DNA from: Escherichia coli
Lineage (GTDB): Bacteria > Pseudomonadota > Gammaproteobacteria > Enterobacterales > Enterobacteriaceae
Length of the DNA stretch: 64,000 nucleotides
Assembly (NCBI RefSeq): GCF_965641715.1
Contig: NZ_OZ282453.1
Direction: 5' to 3' (one strand)
The notes below the pieces were generated by a model that was not told the origin of the DNA, did not search any database, and saw only the letters and a list, made by a program, of their open reading frames with translations. Position numbers and translations under genes: made by a program. Every line of letters starts with the position of its first letter. Within the stretch, counting starts at the first letter, position 1. Positions 1 through 10,594 of this stretch are shown here, piece after piece.

Positions 1-145
1 AAAGCACTTTGCCACCGGCTTTAAAGCTGTCTGCTAACAGGACCGCCGCGCGCTGAATGGCGTGAATATTGGCGTCATCTTTTAAAAAGTTAGCCAGCGT
101 TTCCGCCGCTTCGTTCAGTTCGTTACGAATAAGATCCTGGTACAT
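1..145 (-). CDS. gmhA: Phosphoheptose isomerase GmhA, N-terminal part (gene continues beyond window start)
   Basis: Minus-strand translation from ATG at 145..143 reads [48 protein letters not shown], which I recognise as the GmhA N-terminus; position divergent from fadE fits the known neighbourhood. Confidence 0.8.
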
Positions 146-384
146 GAGGATATCCTTCAGCATAAATGTAATAGACAAAATGCAGTGTACCGGATACCGC
201 CAAAAGCGAGAAGTACGGGCAGGTGCTATGACCAGGACTTTTTGACCTGAAGTGCGGATAAAAACAGCAACAATGTGAGCTTTGTTGTAATTATATTGTA
301 AACACATTGCTAAATGTTTTTACATCCACTACAACCATATCATCACAAGTGGTCAGACCTCCTACAAGTAAGGGGCTTTTCGTT

Positions 385-2829
385 ATGATGATTTTGAGTA
401 TTCTCGCTACGGTTGTCCTGCTCGGCGCGTTGTTCTATCACCGCGTGAGCTTATTTATCAGCAGTCTGATTTTGCTCGCCTGGACAGCCGCCCTCGGCGT
501 TGCTGGTCTGTGGTCGGCGTGGGTACTGGTGCCTCTGGCCATTATCCTCGTGCCATTTAACTTTGCGCCTATGCGTAAGTCGATGATTTCCGCGCCGGTA
601 TTTCGCGGTTTCCGTAAGGTGATGCCGCCGATGTCGCGCACTGAGAAAGAAGCGATTGATGCGGGCACCACCTGGTGGGAGGGCGACTTGTTCCAGGGCA
701 AGCCGGACTGGAAAAAGCTGCATAACTATCCGCAGCCGCGCCTGACGGCTGAAGAGCAAGCGTTTCTCGACGGCCCGGTAGAAGAAGCCTGCCGGATGGC
801 GAATGATTTCCAGATCACCCATGAACTGGCGGATCTGCCGCCGGAGTTGTGGGCGTACCTTAAAGAGCATCGCTTCTTCGCGATGATTATCAAAAAAGAG
901 TACGGCGGACTGGAGTTCTCAGCTTATGCCCAGTCTCGCGTGCTGCAAAAACTCTCCGGCGTGAGCGGGATCCTGGCGATTACCGTCGGCGTGCCGAACT
1001 CATTAGGCCCGGGCGAGCTGCTGCAACATTACGGCACTGACGAGCAGAAAGATCACTATCTGCCGCGTCTGGCGCGTGGTCAGGAAATCCCTTGCTTTGC
1101 ACTAACCAGCCCGGAAGCGGGTTCCGATGCGGGCGCGATTCCGGACACCGGGATTGTCTGCATGGGCGAATGGCAGGGCCAGCAGGTGCTGGGGATGCGT
1201 CTGACCTGGAACAAACGCTACATTACGCTGGCACCGATTGCGACCGTGCTGGGTCTGGCGTTTAAACTCTCCGACCCGGAAAAATTACTCGGCGGTGCAG
1301 AAGATTTAGGCATTACCTGTGCGCTGATCCCGACCACCACGCCGGGCGTGGAAATTGGTCGTCGCCACTTCCCGCTGAACGTACCGTTCCAGAACGGACC
1401 GACGCGCGGTAAAGATGTCTTCGTGCCGATCGATTACATCATCGGCGGGCCGAAAATGGCCGGGCAAGGCTGGCGGATGCTGGTGGAGTGCCTCTCGGTA
1501 GGCCGCGGCATCACACTGCCTTCCAACTCAACCGGCGGCGTGAAATCGGTAGCGCTGGCAACCGGCGCGTATGCTCACATTCGCCGTCAGTTCAAAATCT
1601 CTATCGGTAAGATGGAAGGGATTGAAGAGCCGCTGGCGCGTATTGCCGGGAACGCTTATGTAATGGATGCTGCGGCATCGCTGATTACCTACGGCATAAT
1701 GCTCGGCGAAAAACCTGCCGTGCTGTCGGCTATCGTTAAGTATCACTGTACCCACCGCGGGCAGCAGTCGATTATTGATGCGATGGATATTACCGGCGGT
1801 AAAGGCATTATGCTCGGGCAAAGCAACTTCCTGGCGCGAGCTTACCAGGGCGCACCGATTGCCATCACCGTTGAAGGGGCCAACATTTTGACCCGCAGCA
1901 TGATGATCTTCGGGCAGGGAGCGATTCGTTGCCATCCGTATGTGCTGGAAGAGATGGAAGCGGCGAAGAACAATGACGTCAACGCGTTCGATAAACTGTT
2001 GTTCAAACATATCGGTCACGTCGGTAGCAACAAAGTTCGCAGCTTCTGGCTGGGCCTGACGCGCGGTTTAACCAGCAGCACGCCAACCGGCGATGCCACT
2101 AAACGCTACTATCAGCACCTGAACCGCCTGAGCGCCAACCTCGCCCTGCTTTCTGATGTCTCGATGGCAGTGCTGGGCGGCAGCCTGAAACGTCGTGAGC
2201 GTATCTCGGCACGTCTGGGGGATATTTTAAGCCAGCTCTACCTCGCCTCCGCCGTTCTGAAACGTTATGACGACGAAGGCCGTAATGAAGCCGACCTGCC
2301 GCTGGTGCACTGGGGCGTACAGGATGCGCTGTATCAGGCAGAACAGGCGATGGACGATTTACTGCAAAACTTCCCGAACCGCGTGGTTGCCGGGCTGCTG
2401 AATGTGGTGATCTTCCCGACCGGACGTCATTATCTGGCACCGTCTGACAAGCTGGATCATAAGGTGGCGAAGATTTTACAAGTGCCGAACGCCACTCGCT
2501 CACGTATTGGTCGGGGTCAGTACCTGACGCCGAGCGAGCATAATCCGGTTGGTTTACTGGAAGAGGCGTTGGTGGATGTGATTGCCGCCGACCCGATTCA
2601 TCAGCGGATCTGTAAAGAGCTGGGTAAAAATCTGCCATTTACCCGTCTGGATGAACTGGCGCACAACGCGCTGGCGAAGGGGCTGATTGATAAAGATGAA
2701 GCCGCTATTCTGGTGAAAGCGGAAGAAAGCCGTCTGCGCAGTATTAACGTTGATGACTTTGATCCGGAAGAGCTGGCGACGAAGCCGGTAAAGTTGCCGG
2801 AGAAAGTGCGGAAAGTTGAAGCCGCGTAA
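385..2829 (+). CDS. fadE: Acyl-CoA dehydrogenase FadE (814 aa)
   Basis: ORF 307..2829; the FadE N-terminus [20 protein letters not shown] begins at internal ATG 385, so the upstream 26 codons are treated as non-coding. Recognised by sequence. Confidence 0.93.
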   Translation: MMILSILATVVLLGALFYHRVSLFISSLILLAWTAALGVAGLWSAWVLVPLAIILVPFNFAPMRKSMISAPVFRGFRKVMPPMSRTEKEAIDAGTTWWEGDLFQGKPDWKKLHNYPQPRLTAEEQAFLDGPVEEACRMANDFQITHELADLPPELWAYLKEHRFFAMIIKKEYGGLEFSAYAQSRVLQKLSGVSGILAITVGVPNSLGPGELLQHYGTDEQKDHYLPRLARGQEIPCFALTSPEAGSDAGAIPDTGIVCMGEWQGQQVLGMRLTWNKRYITLAPIATVLGLAFKLSDPEKLLGGAEDLGITCALIPTTTPGVEIGRRHFPLNVPFQNGPTRGKDVFVPIDYIIGGPKMAGQGWRMLVECLSVGRGITLPSNSTGGVKSVALATGAYAHIRRQFKISIGKMEGIEEPLARIAGNAYVMDAAASLITYGIMLGEKPAVLSAIVKYHCTHRGQQSIIDAMDITGGKGIMLGQSNFLARAYQGAPIAITVEGANILTRSMMIFGQGAIRCHPYVLEEMEAAKNNDVNAFDKLLFKHIGHVGSNKVRSFWLGLTRGLTSSTPTGDATKRYYQHLNRLSANLALLSDVSMAVLGGSLKRRERISARLGDILSQLYLASAVLKRYDDEGRNEADLPLVHWGVQDALYQAEQAMDDLLQNFPNRVVAGLLNVVIFPTGRHYLAPSDKLDHKVAKILQVPNATRSRIGRGQYLTPSEHNPVGLLEEALVDVIAADPIHQRICKELGKNLPFTRLDELAHNALAKGLIDKDEAAILVKAEESRLRSINVDDFDPEELATKPVKLPEKVRKVEAA

Positions 2830-2835
2830 TTGAAT

Positions 2836-2862
2836 AACGGAGCCGAAAGGCTCCGTTTCTTT
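2836..2862 (+). terminator. Rho-independent terminator hairpin between convergent fadE and ivy
   Basis: aacggagcc-gaaa-ggctccgtt stem-loop followed by a T-rich run, directly after the fadE stop. Confidence 0.5.
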
Positions 2863-2871
2863 ATCCGCTAA

Positions 2872-3345
2872 TTATTTAAAATTAAAGCCATCCGGATGGT
2901 TTTCCAGGCTGCCGGTCAACGCCGCGAACAGCACCGTTTTACCATCAATCGAAAGCGCATCGTTCACATTCAGCCAGGTGAGTTTCTCTTGCGACGTTTT
3001 CTCATCAATAGTCGAGAACAGCCCCGTCATCTGATTAGATTTCTCGGACCACATCACAGCGATACGTTGCGAGCCACAGTCATGCGGTTTGCACGCGCTC
3101 ATCACCTGATACGTCTCATCTCCCAACGTTACGGTTTGTGCGGGAGTATAAGTACCGCCTTTCATCACCCATGCAGGTAGCTTATGCCCTTGCACCATCT
3201 GATTAAACGCAGCTTTGGTGGTTTCGCCCTTTGCCAGGCTGCTAATGGTTAAATCATCCTGCGCCATTGCACTGGTGGCGATGACCAGAGCGGCGACTGT
3301 CGTTATTGCCTTAAACATCATTCCTCCCGAGCTTATCCTGCCCAT
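2872..3345 (-). CDS. ivy: Inhibitor of vertebrate lysozyme Ivy (periplasmic, 157 aa)
   Basis: 157 aa ORF with a signal peptide (MFKAITTVAALVIATSAMAQ) and the CKPHDCG segment typical of Ivy; conserved position next to fadE. Confidence 0.88.
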   Translation of the reverse strand: MGRISSGGMMFKAITTVAALVIATSAMAQDDLTISSLAKGETTKAAFNQMVQGHKLPAWVMKGGTYTPAQTVTLGDETYQVMSACKPHDCGSQRIAVMWSEKSNQMTGLFSTIDEKTSQEKLTWLNVNDALSIDGKTVLFAALTGSLENHPDGFNFK

Positions 3346-3498
3346 GTTATTAACCTCCTAAAGCCTGGCGATAACACGATAATTTGCAAATCAGATATTT
3401 CCAATATCAGCATTTGTTATCAATTTATTCTGCGCTAAGGCAACTGCCTGATAAGGTGTTAAAGTTATAAAACCCTTCGCATAAAGGAGTTGTACACC

Positions 3499-4269
3499 GT
3501 GCCTGGTTTGAAGATTACGCTTTTGCAGCAACCACTGGTGTGGATGGATGGTCCTGCCAACCTGCGCCATTTTGATCGTCAACTGGAAGGTATTACCGGG
3601 CGCGATGTGATCGTTCTACCGGAGATGTTTACCAGCGGCTTTGCCATGGAAGCGGCAGCTTCGTCGCTAGCGCAAGATGACGTAGTGAACTGGATGACAG
3701 CTAAAGCGCAGCAGTGCAATGCGCTGATTGCAGGCAGTGTTGCATTACAAACGGAGTCTGGTTCTGTTAACCGCTTTTTGCTGGTTGAGCCGGGCGGCAC
3801 GGTACATTTTTATGATAAGCGTCATCTGTTCCGCATGGCAGATGAGCATCTACATTATAAACCGGGCAATGCGCGAGTGATTGTGGAATGGCGCGGCTGG
3901 CGTATTTTGCCGCTGGTGTGCTACGACTTACGTTTTCCTGTGTGGTCGCGCAATCTCAACGATTATGACCTCGCCCTGTACGTCGCCAACTGGCCTGCTC
4001 CGCGCTCTCTGCACTGGCAGGCATTGCTGACGGCCCGCGCGATTGAGAATCAGGCGTATGTGGCGGGATGCAATCGCGTCGGCAGCGATGGCAACGGCTG
4101 CCATTATCGCGGTGACAGCCGGGTGATTAATCCACAAGGCGAGATTATCGCTACTGCCGACGCGCATCAGGCAACGCGCATTGATGCGGAGCTGTCGATG
4201 GTGGCATTGCGGGAATATAGAGAAAAGTTTCCGGCATGGCGGGATGCGGATGAGTTTAGGTTGTGGTGA
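3499..4269 (+). CDS. yafV: Nitrilase/omega-amidase family hydrolase YafV
   Basis: ORF 3490..4269; probable GTG start at 3499 giving [11 protein letters not shown]; carbon-nitrogen hydrolase family features and conserved position next to ivy. Confidence 0.85.
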   Translation: MPGLKITLLQQPLVWMDGPANLRHFDRQLEGITGRDVIVLPEMFTSGFAMEAAASSLAQDDVVNWMTAKAQQCNALIAGSVALQTESGSVNRFLLVEPGGTVHFYDKRHLFRMADEHLHYKPGNARVIVEWRGWRILPLVCYDLRFPVWSRNLNDYDLALYVANWPAPRSLHWQALLTARAIENQAYVAGCNRVGSDGNGCHYRGDSRVINPQGEIIATADAHQATRIDAELSMVALREYREKFPAWRDADEFRLW

Positions 4270-4289
4270 GTGGGTGTTGTGTTTAGGGC

Positions 4290-4500
4290 AGGGGAGAGTC
4301 GGGGAAGACTACGAAAGCCCGCTCTCCTGCGACCACTTTTATCATAGGAGTGTGGAAGTGCTTTACCATCAATCGCGATGACGTCTTTGTCATTTGATGA
4401 ATGGCAGTCACGCATCCAGTTAATAAAGCACTCGTGAAATTATACTGAACGGATACAAGACATAACTCTAATTATGGTGTCGTGAACAGGATTACCATTT
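4290..4500 (-). mobile_element. Fragment of an ISAs1-family (H-repeat-associated) transposase gene, N-terminal portion only
   Basis: Minus-strand translation gives [40 protein letters not shown], matching the N-terminal region of H-repeat/ISAs1 transposases; truncated at both ends; ~80% identical at DNA level to 6250..6430. Confidence 0.6.
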
Positions 4501-4539
4501 TCAAAATTACAATATTATTTGCAGTAATTATGTTATTAA

Positions 4540-5052
4540 TCATTGTGATATTTCCATCTCTGTGATTAATACCGGATAAGCATTTAATTGCAGAGTTTGC
4601 ACGAAATTATCGCAGATAACTGGCAATAACAATAACCCATCAGCCCGCTGCTGTAATACCTCCATTCGTTCTACTGATTCAACATTAACAACCAAACCAA
4701 GGGCATTTAGCGATTTAAGGATCTCCAGATGTTCACTCATCCAGCGCAGAGAAAAAGGATCATCACCAATTATAAAAACAGGCCCCCAGCCGGTTAATAA
4801 CTGGCGTTTCATTACGGAACCAGGATGAAGTCGAGTACATATTACAGGAAATACCCCCTGTTGCGATGGTTCCGATGATGTGGATAATTCAGAAATATTT
4901 TCCATTGTTAGTGAAGAATTAACATGCATTAATAATGGTGAAACAACCTCACTTTCCTTGCTAGTAATGGCTGCACTAATCTGAAAGGAAAATAACAATA
5001 TTATTACGTATAAACTCATTTTTAACATAACACATTCAATCCGTTTATTCAT
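4540..5052 (-). CDS. Hypothetical protein with N-terminal hydrophobic signal/anchor (170 aa), AT-rich
   Basis: ORF with hydrophobic N-terminus (MSLYVIILLFSFQISAAITS); low GC relative to flanks; sits between two H-repeat fragments. Function unknown. Confidence 0.4.
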   Translation of the reverse strand: MNKRIECVMLKMSLYVIILLFSFQISAAITSKESEVVSPLLMHVNSSLTMENISELSTSSEPSQQGVFPVICTRLHPGSVMKRQLLTGWGPVFIIGDDPFSLRWMSEHLEILKSLNALGLVVNVESVERMEVLQQRADGLLLLPVICDNFVQTLQLNAYPVLITEMEISQ

Positions 5053-5118
5053 GTTATAGAATAATGATGCTATAAATCATCATTAATGTTCAATTATTTA
5101 ATCACACAATTTAAAAAA

Positions 5119-5622
5119 TCATTGACCAATGTGAATTGGCAATGTACCACTCAAGTTAAAATCACTGAATATTTTATCAATTTCTCTTGCAGTTTCTATA
5201 TATTTAACCTCTTTCGTACTTGCATTATAAATAGCCCAAGCCTCGGGATGGGATGTTCCACCAAACCTTACAAAAAAACTTGATTTCATATTATTATATA
5301 AATTAACATCAGGAAAAGGATCTTCTCCAAAATTAGTAGTATTGAATAATGAAAGTTCGTATCGCTTAGAAAATTCTGTTGGTAGGATAGCTTCACTGCC
5401 ATCAATAGCATTCATCCAGAGTTTGTTACCATTATATTCCAACAATAATCTCTGTTTTGCATGTGTCTTATCTCGTTCTTTAACGACAGCGAATACCTTT
5501 TTAACAACTTGCTGTGCGGATGGTCCTATTGTATTACCAAAAGCTGGCAACCCGATTTTGCCATAAACACTCTCCTGAATGAAATAAATATCCGTTTTAT
5601 CGGCCTCGACAATATCTACCAT
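5119..5622 (-). CDS. Hypothetical protein (167 aa), AT-rich, no recognisable motif
   Basis: Intact ORF between H-repeat fragments; the position suggests an orphan toxin/immunity-type cargo ORF, but nothing in the sequence confirms this. Confidence 0.4.
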   Translation of the reverse strand: MVDIVEADKTDIYFIQESVYGKIGLPAFGNTIGPSAQQVVKKVFAVVKERDKTHAKQRLLLEYNGNKLWMNAIDGSEAILPTEFSKRYELSLFNTTNFGEDPFPDVNLYNNMKSSFFVRFGGTSHPEAWAIYNASTKEVKYIETAREIDKIFSDFNLSGTLPIHIGQ

Positions 5623-5850
5623 TTATCCCTCCAAACAAGACCTGACTCCAGGACAAGAGCATAGTGTGTAGTAAACACTTCATGCTCTTGCCCTGACCAT
5701 TGAAATAACAACTTTCGTTTGTTTACTGTACGCTGTCTAAATAGCTGCGTGGAATAAAGTTGCACTTTTTATCATCCCTTGCAGAACAAGATTACGAAAG
5801 CCCGCCCCCGCAAGGACTGACGCGAGGTAGTCTCTGTCCGCAGCTGCTTT

Positions 5851-6620
5851 TCACATCTTACATCTTGCCCCTGCCTTGATTATCTTATCTTTCGTTAAAA
5901 TATTAATAGCGATCTTCCGTATCCCTGAAAATAATTCTGCTGCATTTCCTCTTCTTATTTTGAAGTCGTCTTTATTCATTACCACGTCCAGATGCCAGTG
6001 CAATTTATTCTCCACTTGCCAGTGATTTCGGTTCGCTGTGGCGAACTTCTCTGCGGTTAAATCAGCAGAAATGCTATAATATCTGACCGTCATTTCGGGA
6101 TTTTTCTTTTGTTCTGCTATTATTGAGCGAAATGAGACTGCCATGCATAATTTCTTCAGCCCTTTCCATTCAAACGTAAAATCAATAAATTCATCAGAGA
6201 CATGCAAACAATATGAAGACGGGTTTTAATGACATAAATTGCTCCCTTGTGACGACTTTTATCATAAGAGTGCCGGAGCGTTTTTCCATCAATTGTAATG
6301 ACGTCTTTATCATCTGAAGAATGACAGTCACGCATCCAGTTAATAAAGCACTCATGAAATTTTTCAGGACTGATACAGGATACAACTCTGGCAATGATAT
6401 CGTGAACAGGAATACCATTTTCAAAATCACCATATCACTTCAAAAAATCGGGATGTGTTTCCCCAAATCCTCTATATCTTCCCAGCATTATGCACCAGAA
6501 ATAACGGCGCAAATAGTTAACAGATAGAATATCTGGCAATTTATGTTCCACTTTCCAGGCTTGCCTGTAATCGGGGATAATAGAAATATGTTCCATCAAT
6601 TTTTTAAGTTCCATTTTGCC
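5851..6620 (-). mobile_element. Degenerate ISAs1-family (H-repeat) element: transposase gene with internal deletion and frame disruption
   Basis: Minus strand encodes [18 protein letters not shown] ... [25 protein letters not shown] (N-terminal part, ~6620..6250) joined to the C-terminal part [12 protein letters not shown] ... [37 protein letters not shown] (ORF 5851..6207); the middle of the transposase is missing. Confidence 0.7.
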
Positions 6621-6759
6621 CCCCTTAATTATGCAATGAGTATTTGATCATGTATAAGCAATGAAAAACAGCTTTAGGTAATAAGGAACACCTCAATTAT
6701 TGAACATAAAATGCGAATTATTTAGTACAAAAAAAGCAGCATTACGTGATTTTTCCCTG

Positions 6760-6817
6760 GGAGTACAGTGTGAAGTTTCCGGCATGGCGGGATGCGGATG
6801 GGTTTGAACTGGGGTGA
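6760..6817 (+). repeat. Diverged duplicate of the yafV 3' end (~58 bp, ~80% identical to 4210..4269)
   Basis: aagtttccggcatggcgggatgcggatg is identical to the last codons of yafV, followed by a diverged tail that still ends in gtga. Confidence 0.6.
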
Positions 6818-6871
6818 TTAGGCACTACATGTCTACATTTTCCCGGTCACCACCCCCTCAATCTTATGAAC

Positions 6872-8965
6872 TTAACCTCGGCTCACCGTTTTCGATTCCA
6901 TCCAATAAATGACCCGGTTGGATGTGGGCTGATCGCCAACAACTTTGCCATCTGCAGAGATTAGCTTCAGCTCTTTATTAGCCTCATCACCGAAGTAAAT
7001 CATGCGGTAGCGAAAATAACCGCCCCAGGGTTCGCGTCCACCCAGCGAACTTTGCATAAACCAGGCGCGGGAGTCGTGAACCTGGTCATCATAGAGAGCC
7101 AGTAATTCAGCGCAGGGCTGAGTACGCGTTCCCGTTCCCAGTGAATCAATAAAAAATTGTGGATAGAGTCCGTCTCCCATAGCCTTAATTTGCTGATATT
7201 CTTTTGCTTCATCATCGCCATTAATCAGATACACCGGATATTTAGGAATGACATCCACAAGAATCTGAATGGCTTTCTCCATGACGCTGCCGTTAATATC
7301 GCGCGTCCATCCTTTATAATCGCTCTGAAATTCTCGGGCTGCCTCTCGCAACTGATACTGAGCATTGGTTGGGTCAAGGATAGGAATGCCCTGATTACTT
7401 TCATCAAGTGTGCCATTCCCTTTCTGCTTGTTCGCCCGCTCTTTTTCAATATTTTCCATTTGTTCTTTACGCGCTTTAGCCTCTTTATCAAGTCCATCTT
7501 TATCCAGCTGTGGCGCCTTAATATAAAAAGGTTGCACAAGAAGGCTGTTATTCGCATAGCGACCGATACGCCAGGCGGTGATCCAGCCGATCTGATCGCT
7601 AATTGCGCTTTCAAGAACCTGGGCAAGTTGATAGGAGTGATAATCTTCCCTCGTATCAATCATTTCTTCTGTACCCTGCAAGGTGGTGTTCAGCAGCGTT
7701 TGTCGCCAGATGTTGAAGCGTTTTGTTAATGAATTAGCAATCGTAAATTCCTTTACGCTAGAAGGACTCATAATTCGCAGAGGCGACACACCTTTTATTA
7801 ATGGAGTAACAAATTTAGAATAAACAGCAAGTGGTGCTCCTGAATCAAATGCAGCAAGATACATATCATGCAGTGCTATCTGAGAAAGAATTTCGCCTGA
7901 GTCACCACAGGACTTCCCCTGATCGCGAACGGGATAGCCACCACCGACATCAGAGTGCATCCCCGGATAGATAATTTCCTCTGCATTTAAAGGATAATTT
8001 CCGTCTGGACGACGGATTGAATCCAGCGGAAAGCACAGCCGCTGCTCATGCGCGGCAACGAAGTGGCGGCAGCATTTAATCAGGCCGGGAAACTGCCTCT
8101 CATCAGGGAGTTGCTGAGTACTATCGGCCCATCCCATATGACCGGCAGCGCCCGGTAAAACATGCGCCGCCCCCACAGAAGCTACGGTATCCAGCAGCCC
8201 CAAAAACTCAATACTGACAGCTAACCCGGCCAGCATCACCTGTTGCTCCTGCGGGCAAGCTAACTGAGTCAACCAGTTAACAAAAGTTCGTGCTTCCGCT
8301 GCGCCACGGGAAAATCCGTAGATAAACAGCTTTACGTTTAGCAGGCGCGGACTGGCTTGCTCTAACAGTCCCTGTAATTTTTCCAGGTAGGGGTTAATCA
8401 CATTGCGACGATTCACTTCACCAGTCATAGGCCAGGGAGCGCGCATAAGAGGAATGTGCTCTTTTGCCACATTATCATCCAGTCGCTTATGGGAAGGGTC
8501 AATGGAATAGCTCAGGGCATCCACGAGGCGTAATAATGCCCAATTAATTCGATCTTCACCACCAGTAGCGAACTCCAGCCCGCTGTTGCTGTAATCCATT
8601 TCACCTATCTTGGGAAATGGTGTGCCTACACCCGGTATATAGTAGTTAAAATATCCCTGTTCTTCTGCGTTCTGATAGGTCGTATGAAACAGTTTGGCAA
8701 TATTGATTGGGTGTCCAGGAGTGTCATTATATTCATTATTATTTGTACCATCAAAAAACAGACTAATATGCAGACTTTGATTACACGTAAAGCCAATTCT
8801 AAATCCAGCCTGTTTACTACAGTTGGTTTTGTGCTCTTCTGTTTTATTGATTTGTTTTAGGTAGTTCGCGTTTACCTGCGCTTCAGATAATATTAATCGC
8901 CCATTTTCAGGAAACGCTGGGGGGGCATAACACGGAAAAGCCAGACCACTTATTTCGCTGGACAT
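6872..8965 (-). CDS. T6SS phospholipase effector candidate, Tle1-like (DUF2235 alpha/beta hydrolase, 697 aa)
   Basis: GxSxG nucleophile motif in KLFIYGFSRGAAEARTFVNWL; last gene of a vgrG-remnant/DUF4123 cargo module; family assignment from motif and context only. Confidence 0.55.
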   Translation of the reverse strand: MSSEISGLAFPCYAPPAFPENGRLILSEAQVNANYLKQINKTEEHKTNCSKQAGFRIGFTCNQSLHISLFFDGTNNNEYNDTPGHPINIAKLFHTTYQNAEEQGYFNYYIPGVGTPFPKIGEMDYSNSGLEFATGGEDRINWALLRLVDALSYSIDPSHKRLDDNVAKEHIPLMRAPWPMTGEVNRRNVINPYLEKLQGLLEQASPRLLNVKLFIYGFSRGAAEARTFVNWLTQLACPQEQQVMLAGLAVSIEFLGLLDTVASVGAAHVLPGAAGHMGWADSTQQLPDERQFPGLIKCCRHFVAAHEQRLCFPLDSIRRPDGNYPLNAEEIIYPGMHSDVGGGYPVRDQGKSCGDSGEILSQIALHDMYLAAFDSGAPLAVYSKFVTPLIKGVSPLRIMSPSSVKEFTIANSLTKRFNIWRQTLLNTTLQGTEEMIDTREDYHSYQLAQVLESAISDQIGWITAWRIGRYANNSLLVQPFYIKAPQLDKDGLDKEAKARKEQMENIEKERANKQKGNGTLDESNQGIPILDPTNAQYQLREAAREFQSDYKGWTRDINGSVMEKAIQILVDVIPKYPVYLINGDDEAKEYQQIKAMGDGLYPQFFIDSLGTGTRTQPCAELLALYDDQVHDSRAWFMQSSLGGREPWGGYFRYRMIYFGDEANKELKLISADGKVVGDQPTSNRVIYWMESKTVSRG

Positions 8966-9504
8966 GTTGCTGGTTCCTTCATCTCGCGGGGTTCTTTGAT
9001 GGGATAATTCGGTGTGCCATACTTCTGGCAGACGGTTGTCACTTTAATCTGATTACACGTTAGAAAATGAACGGTCAGGCCACAAAGCTCAGCATCGTAT
9101 TCCGGGATATCAACAATTGCGGTATGTTGAATGTAACTTTCTTTTAGTTTTTTCTCCCAGGCCTGATATTTATCCCAATCCTTATAGAGTGGTGGCGGAG
9201 GTACTGTATTTGGGGTAATTTCCCATTCAACCTGGGCTTTTAATCCAGAATGCCACTTATCTGGCAGCATAACGCAACAATATCCTCCACCGTCTCCGAA
9301 TGGACCAATATTTGGTCCGCCGTAACCATTGATGTGTATATAATTTATATCCTTATCCGTATGATTTATCCCATTAATATCCACAGCAGTGTAATCACCG
9401 CTATTTTTTGCCATTGAACAGCCTGATACTGCAAATAAAATCATTAGAGAATAACATTTGAAAATCGTTCTCATACTGATACTTTTCCTTATTTTGCTGG
9501 ACAT
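8950..9504 (-). CDS. Small lipoprotein, candidate Tle immunity protein (Tli-like)
   Basis: Lipobox-type signal peptide MRTIFKCYSLMILFAVSGC if translation starts at ATG 9474 (ORF track start 9504); 16 nt overlap with the start of the Tle1-like gene. Confidence 0.45.
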   Translation of the reverse strand: MSSKIRKSISMRTIFKCYSLMILFAVSGCSMAKNSGDYTAVDINGINHTDKDINYIHINGYGGPNIGPFGDGGGYCCVMLPDKWHSGLKAQVEWEITPNTVPPPPLYKDWDKYQAWEKKLKESYIQHTAIVDIPEYDAELCGLTVHFLTCNQIKVTTVCQKYGTPNYPIKEPREMKEPATCPAK

Positions 9505-9817
9505 GTTGCTGGTTCTTTTACTTTGAGAGATTTTAATTGATGGGTATTGTTTCTACGACAATAAAGTTTTGACAAAGAAGCAAATAAAATGCATATCTTT
9601 CGATTGTCACACATTGGAATATCGACAGAGCATTGATGATATTACGCAAAATATATTGCAGCCAAGTGAACTGACATTACGATCGAACACAAATGCAACA
9701 TGATGGATACTACCATTACATGTCGAGCTTGATTTTCCGTTTATTTCACGATTATCTCTTGATATTAACAGCTACGGACTTTTAAACAGATAAATCTCCC
9801 CGTACATCACCACAATA

Positions 9818-10588
9818 TTATCCTTCGAAGTCCCGCAAAGCTCCGAAATATTTCGCGTCATTGGCTCTGAAAGCAATATCAAGACAGTGGGCAAAATAGC
9901 TTTCCTGACTGAGTTCACTGACTGCTTTCTCCTTCATCAGGACTTCAGCGTCGCAGATACAGCCCATCAATCCCACCTGTACATCATCCACCCGATTCAT
10001 CTCCGGGTTGTCAGTAAGCCTGCGTTCTGGTGAAAAACTTCCTGATTTCCAGTTAATCTCACCATCACGGTCTAACCAGCTCCAGAACAACGCAATATCA
10101 GTAAATGTCGCCTGCTGCTCGTTAGTCAAAACATGTGTGAACAGTAAAGGGAACACCCGATTATCATAGTAACGCAGCAATCCGGTCTGTTCTTCCCACT
10201 GAACCTGTGACAATACCTGAAGATGCCGCCCCAGCAGGTCGAATGTAAGAGGGGATATCAACAAAGTAAGACGCGGCGTATCAGCAAATGACGCCATCAG
10301 TTGTGCCAGAAATTTGCGATGGCTACTGAGCGCAAAGTACAGGCGTAACACTACAGGGGAATACTCCATCGTCTCAGCTTCAGGCGTTCCTTCAAACAGG
10401 GCATACCAGTGAATGGCTGGCCACAGATGAAGTATCTCATTTTGCAAAGGTTGGTCGGTTCCAGCCTGGTCAACAAGCACATCTATGTAATCCAAACCAG
10501 CGGCAGAACAGAATGATTCAGCCTGCTTCAGCCAGATAATATATTTGTCTTGATCGGTAGCGCGTGGCGATACTGTTATCATCGTCAT
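9818..10588 (-). CDS. DUF4123-family T6SS effector adaptor/chaperone (Tap/Tec-like)
   Basis: 256 aa; N-terminal YIDVLVDQAG and central LLRYYDNRVFPLL resemble the DUF4123 signature segments (compare YAIVDGA / LMRFYDPRNIWVL in ORF 18198..19040); immediately follows a vgrG tail. Confidence 0.55.
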   Translation of the reverse strand: MTMITVSPRATDQDKYIIWLKQAESFCSAAGLDYIDVLVDQAGTDQPLQNEILHLWPAIHWYALFEGTPEAETMEYSPVVLRLYFALSSHRKFLAQLMASFADTPRLTLLISPLTFDLLGRHLQVLSQVQWEEQTGLLRYYDNRVFPLLFTHVLTNEQQATFTDIALFWSWLDRDGEINWKSGSFSPERRLTDNPEMNRVDDVQVGLMGCICDAEVLMKEKAVSELSQESYFAHCLDIAFRANDAKYFGALRDFEG

Positions 10589-10594
10589 TCTCCC

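Noticed and set aside
307-384. N-terminal 26-codon extension of fadE
   Set aside because: The FadE N-terminus (MMILSIL...) begins at 385; the upstream extension is not part of the protein as I know it.
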